From Lingula anatina (lineage: Eukaryota > Animalia > Brachiopoda): a stretch of 64,000 bases of DNA. Below are positions 37,456 to 49,207 of the stretch, piece after piece. The notes below the pieces were generated by a model. That model ran no database searches, was not told where the DNA came from, and saw only the letters and a program-made list of their open reading frames with translations. The stretch spans positions 17,790,587 through 17,854,586 of the forward strand of contig CM120648.1 of NCBI GenBank assembly GCA_051362555.1. Reading direction: 5' to 3'. Position 1 is the stretch's first letter; each line of letters begins with the position of its first letter. A program made the position numbers and the translations under genes.

Positions 37456-38589
37456 ATGAATGCGACTGAGATGTCGGTCAACGGTAGCTTCTCATTTTCT
37501 GAAAAAGACGAAAAGGAGGAGGGCATCCCTGACTTGGCTTTCATCAATCTGTTGTATTTTGCTTTAGGTGGCATTGGGATTTCTCTCGTTTGTGTGGTTG
37601 GATTTAGCCTGAATTTTCTTTCAGTGGCTGTATTTTCACATTTCGAGAAACGGACCCCGTCTGTATTCCTGCTGATATGCTTAGCAATGGCCGATAACGC
37701 AAATATCTTAGTGACGGTCTTTAACTTCAGCGTCCCGGCCATGTACCCGTATACAGGGTGGTTCAAAGATTACTTTTTTTCCCGGATAGCACACACCCGG
37801 CTTCTGTATGGGTTGAAAAACTGCCTCTTCCTGATCCCACCCTGGTTAGTAGTTCTCGTTTCTTTCGATCGTTATCTGCATCTTTGCTCTGGGAATGCCC
37901 TTCGAAGTGAACCAACAGCAAGCATTAAGGCTTGGGCGTTAAGAGTTGGCGGTGTCGTGCTTTTTGCTTGTCTCATAGATGTTCCCCGGTATTTCTTTGG
38001 ATCACTACCTGAGCGTCCTTGCCCCCTGAATACGACGTCTCCGGTTTTTTGCCTCGGCGCCCCATTTCCGGTTTCAGAATACCACAAAGCGTACGGTGTT
38101 TTTACTTACGTTTTTGTGCACTTCTTGGTCCCTTTCCTCATCGTCTTGGTTCTGAATGTCAAGATGACTCACTACATGGCGGTTCTCGCCAAGGATCCGA
38201 CCATGATCGGCATGCACAAGTTGGGCGTCCATCGTACTTTCATCAAAATGACCTTGGTTATCGCCGTTACCACTATGGCGGCCTCGTTGACCGTGTCTCT
38301 GTCTTTTCTCTTTGGGCTCTTCGGAAACCAGCGCATTGGTGAAATGCGAGGAATGGTTATTGTATACCCTGTGATAATTATGGTCTGTACACTAAGCTCA
38401 TGCGTTAATTTCTTCATTTACGGTCTTTTCGGGAAACAATTCAGACGCACTTTGAAGTCGTTATGTTGCCACCGAAAGCCGAGAAAAGAGGGACAAGCTG
38501 CTCGCGCTGTGGCAGAACGGAAAAGAAATGCAAAGATGGAAGAGCCAAAGCCAAAAGTGCCAGCTATCTCCACCATAGGTTCTGCTTGA
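37456..38589 (+). CDS. Intronless rhodopsin-family (class A) GPCR, FMRFamide/peptide-receptor-like orphan
   Basis: Seven hydrophobic segments; N-glycosylated N-terminus (MNAT, NGS), TM1 GxxxN, TM2 LAMAD, FDRY, TM5 FLVPF, TM7 SCVNFFIY and helix 8 FRRTL. The ORF is open from 37360, but 37456 is the better start. Confidence 0.88.
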   Translation: MNATEMSVNGSFSFSEKDEKEEGIPDLAFINLLYFALGGIGISLVCVVGFSLNFLSVAVFSHFEKRTPSVFLLICLAMADNANILVTVFNFSVPAMYPYTGWFKDYFFSRIAHTRLLYGLKNCLFLIPPWLVVLVSFDRYLHLCSGNALRSEPTASIKAWALRVGGVVLFACLIDVPRYFFGSLPERPCPLNTTSPVFCLGAPFPVSEYHKAYGVFTYVFVHFLVPFLIVLVLNVKMTHYMAVLAKDPTMIGMHKLGVHRTFIKMTLVIAVTTMAASLTVSLSFLFGLFGNQRIGEMRGMVIVYPVIIMVCTLSSCVNFFIYGLFGKQFRRTLKSLCCHRKPRKEGQAARAVAERKRNAKMEEPKPKVPAISTIGSA

Positions 38590-39569
38590 GCAGGAGAGAC
38601 CAGTCCCCTATAGCAAGGTAAATTAACAATATCGAATACCTGTGTTTGACTTTGGCATTTTTTCCTCTCGTTGCTATTATTATTTTTATGGCATAAGTTT
38701 ATGGCATAAGTAGAACCAAGCATACCAAACACTACAATTTTAAAAAGATGTCCAATTTTAATAATGTTTTGAGGACAGAACGCAATGATTAAGGTCTTTG
38801 GCATACAGGCACTATAAGGCAAGCATCAGTGACAAAGCTTTCATTGTTTTTTCCGTTCCTAAAACGTACATGCTACTTCTGTAGTGTTTGTTTTAAAGTT
38901 TAACAGTTTATTCGTATTTCGTCTTTTCAGAAAGTACCAATTGTTTTTCTTTTGAAGAACCAGTATGGTCGAATTTTTACTAAAATTCATTTCGTGTATT
39001 TAAGCGACGTTCGACTTTTAAGTGCCAAATTGTTATTTTTTAATCCACTTGGAGGCATGTTCCTTTTAAGAATCAGCATGATCGTATTATTTTCAGCTTT
39101 TCAAATTATCCGTTTCTTGCATGTATTTTGGCGACATTAGTCTCACAAGCAAACTACCAAACCTTATTTTAATTTTATTTCATTTCCGGGAGCGTTACGT
39201 CTCAAAATCAAATCCAAATTATATTTAATCTTCTCATGGTTAACATTTTATAATTTATTTTCTTGCATTAATGAGGCGCATCCCTATATTGTTGACTTTA
39301 ATTATCGATGTTATAATAATAATAATAACATTTATTAATACAGTAGTCTAAAAACCAACGTATGTTCAATAGACCTTACAGAATTTATAAAATTCTCAAT
39401 TAAAAAGATGTAATTACTAATCGTCATAAGATGAATGGAAGGAAAATGATAATAGAAAAATGTTTAAGGTAAAAAATACATATATGAAATGGATAAGAGG
39501 TGAAAATTAAAGCTATGAACTAAGAAAAATTATCCGTGAAAAAGTATTCTTACAATAATTTAAAAATGA

Positions 39570-40040
39570 TATTGCTTAAAAGGTAGGCTTTAAGTTCCTT
39601 TTCAAAATGCCCAGGGTCTACAGTTTGTGTAAGATTGATGGGTAAATTATTCCATTCTCTGCTGCAATTTTAAAATCTTTGTCAACGTATGACACCAATC
39701 TTGCCTTACAAGCCTTAGAAAGAATGTGGTCACCTGATCTAAGATTTTGTGATGATGTATAACTAGCTCATTTAAATAATAGGGTGAAAGTTTATGACAA
39801 GTTACATGCGCAAATGTTAAAATTTTAAATAAAATGCATGCTCGTACAGGGAGCCAGTTCAACATCATTAAAACAGGGGTGATGTGGTTGTCTTTTGGAG
39901 TGCGGGTCAGTAGGCGAGCAGATGTTCTTTGCACGTAGTACCCGTTTGATTTGTTTCTCCAGTGATCCATATAAAAGGGCGTTGAAGTAGTCAAGTCTTG
40001 ATGTAACCAGGGCATGTATAACTGTTGCTGTGCATCTGAC
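39570..40040 (-). mobile_element. 5'-truncated L2/CR1-clade LINE ORF2 3' fragment
   Basis: Frameshifted HALVTSRLDYFNALLYG and ARLLTRTPKDNHITPVLMMLNWLPVRACILFKIL..LSPYYLNEL, typical of the post-RT C-terminal region. Confidence 0.8.
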
Positions 40041-40644
40041 TAACCAAACGCAAGGGGGGGGGGGGGGGGGGGGGGGGGGCGGGATGACAGGCCTCAGATG
40101 CCCCCCTGGTGTGGGGTTCGGGGCCTGCTCAAAGACCCCGAAAGTTTTTGGTGTTTTGGAGGGCAAACGGAGCCCTTTAATACGGTTGAGAAATATGGTT
40201 CAGCTAGTCAAAATTCTAATTTTAAGAGGAAAATATTGGTGTGATATATTTTTCAGAAGCCGGGGTGGAGGGGGGGGGTTAGGCCAGTGACGTACCCCGG
40301 TATGTTTATTACGCCGTGATCACTGCGACTGATTTTGAAACTTACCAGTACGTCGTGCACATCGTTCAGTGGCCAGTCATGAGTGAATCACAAAGAAAAG
40401 GAAAAATTCTAAATTGTAAGAGAATTGTCAACCAAACAAAAGGCACGTAGCAAGGGGGTTTGAGGGGTTCTAATGACCCCCCTTTTTTACTGGGAAAAGG
40501 TACCCTCTGGATAAAATCTAGGTACTACAGTGCATGAAGGTTTCACGGTAAAAGGTACACCTTTTTTTCAAACAACCTTAGGTTAAAAATTTACTAAACC
40601 TTTTCTTGTCGCATTTCCACGGAGCTTGAGACTGCCACATATAC

Positions 40645-40700
40645 GTCTCTGCTGGCGAATTCGGTTGTTTATGTTGGTGGGTCAAGCCCACACAAGGAGG
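40645..40700 (+). pseudogene. tRNA-Asn pseudogene lacking most of the anticodon arm
   Basis: GTCTCTGCTGGCGAATTCGGTT...GTTGGTGGGTCAAGCCCACACAAGGAGG aligns to the 5' and 3' parts of the neighbouring tRNA-Asn. Confidence 0.6.
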
Positions 40701-41156
40701 AGCATATTTTGATAAAGTTCTTATTTTATAAGCGTTTTTTTTCTCATGATATCTTAGAATGACATTTCAGTACTCTCATCAGAACGTAAGTCCTATCTTT
40801 GCTCAAACTGCAGTATATGTATACCGGTTTGCACTTTTGGACTGTCCATTTATAAATTATAAATATGTGTTTTACAATTTTCCAATTCTTAATGAAAACA
40901 AACAAAAATTTACTTGTGTGATGTGGAGCAAATTTTTGTTTGAAAAAAGTCTAAAGAACTAAAGAATCTTACAAAAAAAAGTGTATGTCATTAAACAGGC
41001 CTGTAGAAAATCGTGCACAGGACAGTTTGTCATGCCTTATCATCAGGAAAGAGGCCATGTACATAAAGGCTTAACGACTGTGAGATAAAATCTCAATCTA
41101 CCTGCCGCCTTGAGAGCCGCCAGGTGCTAAATAATACCTTCAGGTGAGATAAATAG

Positions 41157-41162
41157 GTCTCT

Positions 41163-41223
<61 letters not shown>

Positions 41224-41230
41224 AGGGACG
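41157..41230 (+). tRNA. tRNA-Asn (GTT)
   Basis: Canonical 74-nt metazoan tRNA-Asn sequence with anticodon loop CTGTTAA, A and B boxes and a T-run downstream. Confidence 0.96.
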
Positions 41231-42706
41231 GTTCCATTTTCGTTATTTTGTTGATAAAATGGTAAATTAAATCCCGTCTGATGAACGGCAAAATACGACG
41301 ATATAACTTCGCCTTGTTCTTCCCAAACGACAACTTTTCTTACCTTATATCAGGGCCATAGATGTTTCTCTTGACTAGAACATTCACATATAGGCTTATG
41401 TAACCGGCTAATTCACGACACAATTCCCTGCTGGCGCCAAAGAAAATTGCACTTAATCAATGAGCAACCCCGGTAGCTTGTAAACTTGTCTATATTTTGA
41501 AGAGAACGACGGCACCGGAATATTCAACCTTTTCAGTACACTGATATAGCCCGGTGTAACGAAACTGAGATTCTGTGTAACAGAAAGTCCGCTCTCCCTA
41601 CAGTTATAATGGTTAGGGTTAGCCTGACGTAAGTGGGTCAAAATCTAGGGCTCGAATTACGGACACCGTTGTATACTTTTAGGTGAGATGTAACAAGTTA
41701 CTAACAACTGGCCTTGACATCAAGTTTCCAGTAAATGTGTTTGTTTATTATTTTAGAAATAAATAAAATTTATCTATTTTTAACTTATAGTATCAATAAT
41801 ATTATATCTCTTCCGTGATAACGTACTCCTACCATAAACAAATAGGATATTTAATTTCACAAGAAAATGATATGTAGAGATGTGAATGGCCTCATTTTTC
41901 ATTATATTACGTTCTGCGTCGTGATCACTGCATCTGCTTTGGAATTGTACGTCGTGCACATCGTCCTTTGGCCAATCATGAGTGAATCATAAAAAAAATG
42001 AAAAATCTTCATTTTAAGAGTTGTCATTCGCACAAAATAACAAGTTTACATGGCGTTTTATTTGTTGTTTTTACAGCTGATGACCAAAAGGTTGTTAAAT
42101 AACGATCGCAACCGACAGTTTGCCTTCTTGATTTATTCTACGAAATGTTCGCTGTACTACAGCAATCCTGCAATGAAAACGAGAGAAATGCCAGAATGGG
42201 CTGAAAACTACCAGAAAATTACCGTATTTTATACATGTAACTGTGCTGTGAAATACGCATTTTTTTAAAAACTTTTTAAGGTTAAAAATCTGCTGAACCT
42301 TTTCTAGTCGCATATCCACGTATCTTGAGACTGCCACATCCACGTCTCTGCTAGCGCTTGTAAATGATGACGGACGAGCATATTTTGATAAAGTTCCTAT
42401 TTTATAATCGTTTTTTTTTTTTTTTTTGTTTTCTCGTGATTTCCAAAAATGAAATATCATATTCTCATCAGAATTTAAGTGCTATCTTTGCTCAAACTAG
42501 GGTATATGTATACCTGTTTGCTCTTTCCGTTTGTTCATTTATAAATTATAAATATTTGTTTTACAGTTGTCCATTTCTTAATGAAAACAACCAAAATATT
42601 ACTTGTGTGATGTGGAGCAAATGTTTGTGTTGGAAAAAAATTCACTAAAGAATCTTACCAAAAAAAGTGTAATTCATTAAACAGGCCGGTAGAAAATTCA
42701 GCACAG

Positions 42707-43103
42707 TGTAGGGGTCCATGTTCCACCCTACCCAGGTTCTTCTAATATTTTACTTGTCACTGATGCATGGGAGAGGGCATATAACCACAAATTCACATCT
42801 TCAGTTCCAACTTTTAAGTCCTTAATTAAGTCCAAGCATTCAGCATTTATACACATCATCTACAGGGAATCTCTCTGCATGCCACAGTGGCAGCAACTCA
42901 TTTAAATACTAATTGCAATGCAATAGATAACAAGTGAATGAAAGTTATATCAGTTCTACTTATCAGGTATACCTATACAAAGGATGATAATTTTAGATAT
43001 TCATTCAAGACTGAAGCAAGGTGAATGATAATGTGCTGACTGATTATATAAACATAATATGTAGAGGAGTGAGTTTATCACTTGACTTCAGCGGACCTTT
43101 ACA
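42707..43103. mobile_element. Probable solo LTR (TG...CA, 4-bp TSD)
   Basis: ACAG|TGTAGGGGTCC...GGACCTTTACA|ACAG; empty site in the paralogous unit at ~41016. Confidence 0.65.
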
Positions 43104-43161
43104 ACAGGGCAGTTTGACATGCGTTATCATCTGGAAAGAGGCCATGTACATAAAGGCTTAA

Positions 43162-43462
43162 AGGGATAATAATTCTTCGTTTCAGACAAAAAATGAATTT
43201 TCCTGGAGTAAACAACAATTTCCCCATACTTACCAATGGTTAATGAATCCATTTTTACGTTCAAAGTTAGTCCCTGGTTTTTTTCTGAAAAGTTTGGTTT
43301 AGCCATCAATGGAGGTCACATGGTCTAAATACCAGCTCAGTTATCAGAATAATAGCTATAACTGCCGTTTTTGTGGTAAAACAGAATATATTATATTTCT
43401 TTGAGTTATTCACAATGTTTTTATTGTGAAATATAGATCTCATACGAAGAGTTATTATCCCT
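43162..43462. mobile_element. Kolobok-like MITE (TTAA TSD)
   Basis: TTAA|AGGGATAATAATTCTTCGT...ACGAAGAGTTATTATCCCT|TTAA; a single TTAA at the paralogous site (~41071). Confidence 0.7.
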
Positions 43463-43549
43463 TTAAACGACGGTGAGATAAAATCTCAACCTACCTGCCG
43501 TCTTGGGGGCCGCCAGGTGCAAAATTATACCTTCAGGTGAGATGTATAG

Positions 43550-43566
43550 GTCTCTGTGGCGCAATT

Positions 43567-43616
<50 letters not shown>

Positions 43617-43623
43617 AGGGACG
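43550..43623 (+). tRNA. tRNA-Asn (GTT), second copy
   Basis: Same as 41157-41230 except one D-loop C>T; the flanks are also duplicated. Confidence 0.96.
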
Positions 43624-46176
43624 GTTCCATTTTCGTTAATTTGTTGATAAAATGGTGAATTAAATCCCGTCTGATGAACGGCAAAATACGACGATATAAC
43701 TTCGCCTTGTTTTTCCCAAACGTCTACTTTTCTTACCTTATATCGGGGTCGAAGATGTAACTCTTTACTAGAACATTCACATATATGCTTATGTCACCGG
43801 CTAATTTATGACATGATTCTCTGCTGGCGCCAAAGAAAATTGCACGTAATCAATGTCAGCCCCGGTAGATTGTAAACTTGTCACTATTTTATAGAGAACG
43901 ATGGCACCAGAATGTTCAACCTTTTAAACATGTTTGATTCTCTCCCGACTAGTTGAAAAGTTGTCGTGGAGCAGCGCAGACAGGCCGATATTTTGTCGTA
44001 GGTGTGTCGGCCGACGAAAAATTGTTCTGTTTGCGGCGGACTTTAGTACACTGATATGTCCCAGTGTTACGAAACTAAGGGTCCGTGTAACCTACGACCC
44101 AAATATACATCTTCTATCCTAGGTGTAACAGAAACCCTGCCCTCTATTTACCTATAATGGTTAAGATAAGATATAAATGTATTCAGCCAATTATAAAATT
44201 GCGATTTCATTTTTCTTTTGGAGCAAGTTTGATAATATACAGAGTAAAAGTAATAAATAGATAAATTGAGAATCTGGTTTACAGGCCATATTAAAATGCA
44301 TCACTGCACTCAGATAAAAACTAAAAAGTGTTTACTGCCTTTTGAAAGTTGAATCTACTATTGCTTGGTAAAAAAGTGATGATGCTGGGTGAGAAGTGTC
44401 TTCCATGGTGTTAAAAGTTTTTTTTCTCCATTCTGTCTTTACAAATATCATCCAGCTTGGGTTGATCCTGCCCGATAACCTTGCTTTCAGTTTTTACAAA
44501 GTTGGTTAGTTGATTCCCAACATTTTTATCACCCTATAACATTGCAACGCTGCAATGTTATAACTGCAATTTCCATCCCTTATTTTGAATTGATAATTGC
44601 TGAAATGTTTGAGAAACTTTAAAACTATTGACACCTTGTCTAGATATAATATTTTCTGTTCATTAAATTTCTTAATTTAAAATCGAGATTTTTTGCCAAC
44701 TCGGCGACATTGGATATGATATGATATGTCTGTGCAATTGAGGAAAATTTCCTACAGAATTCTATTTGCTACATAGCACTGTTTGCAACATTGTATGATT
44801 TTTTTCTTTTAATTTCAGATTGCAGTTTGCTGCACAAATTCCAAAGTCATGGAGCGGCATGTAATTTAAAAGAGACGTTTATTGTACAGTAGCCTTTGAG
44901 AGCGTATGCGGCGGACTCTCACGAAGTGGAAGACTTTGACGTTGGCAGGCGACGTTTCTTTTCTGCCTTGAAAACCTAGAGAGCACTCCAGGAAGGTGGA
45001 CATCCGCCAAGACACAATGCACATGTATATATTGAGAAACTAAAAGAATACTTTGAAAATTTCAGGAGGAACTGATTCAGTTGAACTTGTTTTCAATCAT
45101 CCCCTTTCTGTATGAATGCTTATCCTGAATATGACACCGTAATTGGCTAAGATCTATTGGAATACGTGTCCTCAAACAAACAAACGCTGATGAAAACATG
45201 ATAACCTCCATTGGCAGAACTGAGTTTACTGCCATTGATGGAATGCACAACTGACACAATGGCTATTTATACTATTTATAAATAGTAAAAAACTTAGCAA
45301 CCCGAAATTATCAAGAACCTCGAGGAAAGCCGTAAAAAGAAAAATTGCCTACGTCTGAAAAGAAACAAGGTGACATAACACGCTTCACTTAAGATTATGG
45401 AAGACATTGTTAAATATAAATCTATTTCTTGGGTGGAAAAAATGTCATATATTACATTTTGCTTTTTTGCTGACTATAATTTAAAAGTGACTGAATTTTA
45501 AAAGCTATCTGTGTAATAAAGGTCGCCCTCTCACATAATGCAGCGTTTCCTAGGGAAGCCTTATAAAACCACATAAAAAAGAACACTATGACGAACCTTC
45601 GAGCACAACTCATTTAAAGAAAAGGGTGTAAATTTTTTTTAAGGCATCATTGGTTTTTGTCATTACTTCTAATACAAAGCTGGATACAGGCCGGCTGACA
45701 CTAAGGCGAGTTTGTACAGCCAAGTACGTACGGAACATCTCTGCTGGAGAGTATATATACAACACGAATCATTCATTTAATGGGACTACTATTGAAATAC
45801 CTTGTATCAAAGCAAACTTAACTGTTGTTCTAAACCTTAGGGAAAAAAATAACTGGCTAAAACCCCTCTGCGATCAGGACCGTTGTAACGACACTGAGGG
45901 TCTGTATTACAGAAACCCCCCTCCTTTTAGTTGTAATGGTTAGGGTTAGCTGACGTAAGTGGGTCAAAATCTAGGGCGAGGCTTACCTGTACAAATGAAT
46001 TGGAAGCAGAATCTCTATCATGAGGGACTCTCTGTCACGTTACGATCATCTAATGCACTCAGGACAGCGGGGTACTTAATGGTGTGTTCTTAATGTGCAT
46101 GTACTTAATGTGCTCAACTGTAACAATTTCTGCTTAAAGAGACATCTCGATCACAACAAACTGTTTACTAGCTACA

Positions 46177-46740
46177 GGATTGTATTATATCTTATAATCA
46201 CAATGTTACCGGATTGTATTATATCTTATAATCACAATGTAACCGGATTGTATTATATCTTATAATCACAATGTTACCGGATTGTATTATATCTTATAAC
46301 CACAATGTTACCGGATTGTATTATATCTTATAATCACAATGTTACCGGATTGTATTATATCTTATAACCATAATGTTACCGGATTGTATTATATCTTATA
46401 ATCACAATGTTACCGGATTGTATTATATCTTATAACCATAATGTTACCGGATTGTATTATATCTTATAACCACAATGTTACCGGATTGTATCATATCTTA
46501 TAACCACAATGTTACCAGATTGTATCATATCTTATAACCACAATGTTACCGGATTGTATCATATCTTATAACCACAATGTTACCGGATTGTATTATATCT
46601 TATAACCATAATGTTACCGGATTATATTATATCTTATAACCACAATGTTACCGAATTGTATTATATCTTATAACCATAATGTTACCAGATTGTATTATAT
46701 CTTATAACCATAATGTTACCGGATTGTATTATATCTTATA
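46177..46740. repeat. 34-bp minisatellite, ~17 copies
   Basis: Unit GGATTGTATTATATCTTATAACCACAATGTTACC, head to tail with no spacers. Confidence 0.95.
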
Positions 46741-47171
46741 CCCACTTTGTTATCGTATAGTATTACATCTTAAGAACACTTTTGTATCATTGTATTTTTT
46801 CACTGTTGTTTTGTAATGGATCTGGTATGCCAGTCGACACAAGCAAATAAATGTACCGACCTGAATTGGACTTAACGGTTTAATCTGAAGCAGAGCCTTA
46901 TTATAGGAACATGCATTTAACTAAACATTATTCTCATCAGGCTAATGTTATAAAATTCGATCAATTATTAAATGCAAAAACCCAACAGTTTCTAAAACTT
47001 GCAATATCCATTGAAATTATCACGAAGAGAGTCTCCTCTCCAGGTTGAAATTGTGAAACCTCTCTACGTTGTAACCACTTATAGAGAATAAACTATTGTC
47101 ATTGTCATTGTTTGCATACCTGTCAACATGGACGATTGCCAGAGAAGAACATTTCCTACGCATCTCTCGCC

Positions 47172-47273
<102 letters not shown>

Positions 47274-48176
47274 AGCTTTCATGGTTGGGAAATAATCCCA
47301 TCGGTTGTTTTAAAAGAAGCTACCTATATTAGCAGTTTGCTTTAATCGCATATTAGATTACACTAAATAATAAAAAAATCAAATAAGCAAGTAATTAATA
47401 ATTTCATATTAGGTATTTCAATGTTCGACATGCGACATTGATAATATATGAAGTTAAGAAGGGTGGGTGTTCAAATTTAAAGAGTCATAACCTACAGCGT
47501 CCTCGTTTAAGCTATATGTTGTAGTCGGATTTGTAATGTTACGAATGGGACGGTGTTGTTCTGACATACTGTAGATCGATAGAGTATCTTTTTTCATTTT
47601 AATCAGTGTACCCAGATATATATATATAAGCGTAGACTATTTGTGTGTTAGTGAGTGCGTAGAGGATACAATTGCAAAGATTAATCTTCTGTTTGTCATG
47701 GATGCTAGCATTATATGATTGCTGATGATATATTCTTGTCAATAAAAATGGAGATCGAATTTTTAGTTATATAAAAAGCAAAAAAGAAAAAAACGAGGAG
47801 AGAAAAATTATGTTTAATCTCGCCCCCCCCCCCCTTTATTAGTGTTAGAGACTTTAGAGAATTGAAATTAAGAAGATGACCCGCGTCCCCTACATTCTGT
47901 GGCTATACATGATAATGTAGTGTTTTATAAAGAAAAGTGTTTTAACACGTCGATAATCCACACAATAGATCTAAATTATTCAAAGCCAGGTTTATTTCAC
48001 GCAATCCAGGGCTCAATATCCCGCTAGTGTTTGACAAATTTGCACGCTTAGATTTTATTTCACTCCATTTCAGCTTTTTAAAATTAAAGTTGTGTCTTCT
48101 TTTCCCTTTTTTTGTACGATGTGTCTATTAGTTTATTTGCCAATTGCTTCTTTACTACTACAGCTAATGCTACTTC

Positions 48177-48224
<48 letters not shown>

Positions 48225-49207
48225 AATCACCGTATAGACCGTTTTCTTATTAAACAATCAGGATTCCTCCTGTTCGCTGATATTTTTTAGCTTTTTGACT
48301 ACCTTATTTCACTTCAGTTACATAAAATGAACTGATATAACTGTTACCCTAGACACCGCGGTTCTTTAAATACGTAAATTCGTTGCAATTATAATTACTT
48401 AAAAATGTTTAAAAGCGATTAAAACCAATAATAAAGAAGTCATTCAACGGGTAACTATCACAATCCGCTCCATTTACACACACACACACACACACACATA
48501 CACACACACAATAATAATAGACCTATATAAATAAACTTTTAAAAAATCGCCCGTTGAGCCTAAAAAGGGCACTTTTTCAAGTCTTTACATTTAATCATCG
48601 ACATTTAAATCACAGCAGCCCTACTGGGCATAACGTCGTATTTTGGGCAGTAAACACTGGTTTGTTTATATAATCTGGAAACATCTCAGTTAGTTCATCC
48701 CATTGTTAACATAAAAATACTGTCGATCTTTTGGAACATTAAAAATAAATATTATTTTTCGGGTCTACGACCAAGTGGCATAAAAAGTGTGTTGTTTCAT
48801 ATGTTCTTTCCCATTGAAATAATACATCGCCTACTGGGACACCGCTGGCCTATTGAACCAGCTGTGTGGAACCTTACAAATCAATGCCTCCTCAGAATTG
48901 TGAGATTCACAGAATTTCAATGCCTTGTATATTTATTCAAGTACAAGCGTTTCCTCAGACAAAGCAACAGTTAGAGCTGAACGTCCCGCAGAGAGCGCTC
49001 AAAAGCTGTCGGTTGTACGCCAAAAGGCACTTCAAGCCTGCGAACTTTTTAATAATCACAAGCGCGTTTCCCAGACTTTAATAGTTCCTTTGATTTACGA
49101 ACCGCCAACACTTACCGCATGTCTTTTTACTGGGGCTGGCTGCAAAGTTACACTTAAAGTAATTCTGATATTGGACAACTTCGCCGCTGAGTAGTCCTAT
49201 TGCTGCC

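Noticed and set aside
41127-41333. ORFs containing EPSLGGLEPPTFRLTAERAN (also 43463-43684)
   Set aside because: These are antisense translations of the tRNA-Asn genes.
44830-45300. Coding-like stretch, possibly a transposon gene remnant
   Set aside because: No motif or terminal structure I could identify with confidence.
46177-46740. CRISPR-like array (34-bp periodicity)
   Set aside because: Units are contiguous with no unique spacers, there are no cas genes and the context is eukaryotic; it is a minisatellite.
46033-46910. Possible solo LTR enclosing the 34-bp minisatellite
   Set aside because: TG...CA ends can be picked, but no matching TSD was found.
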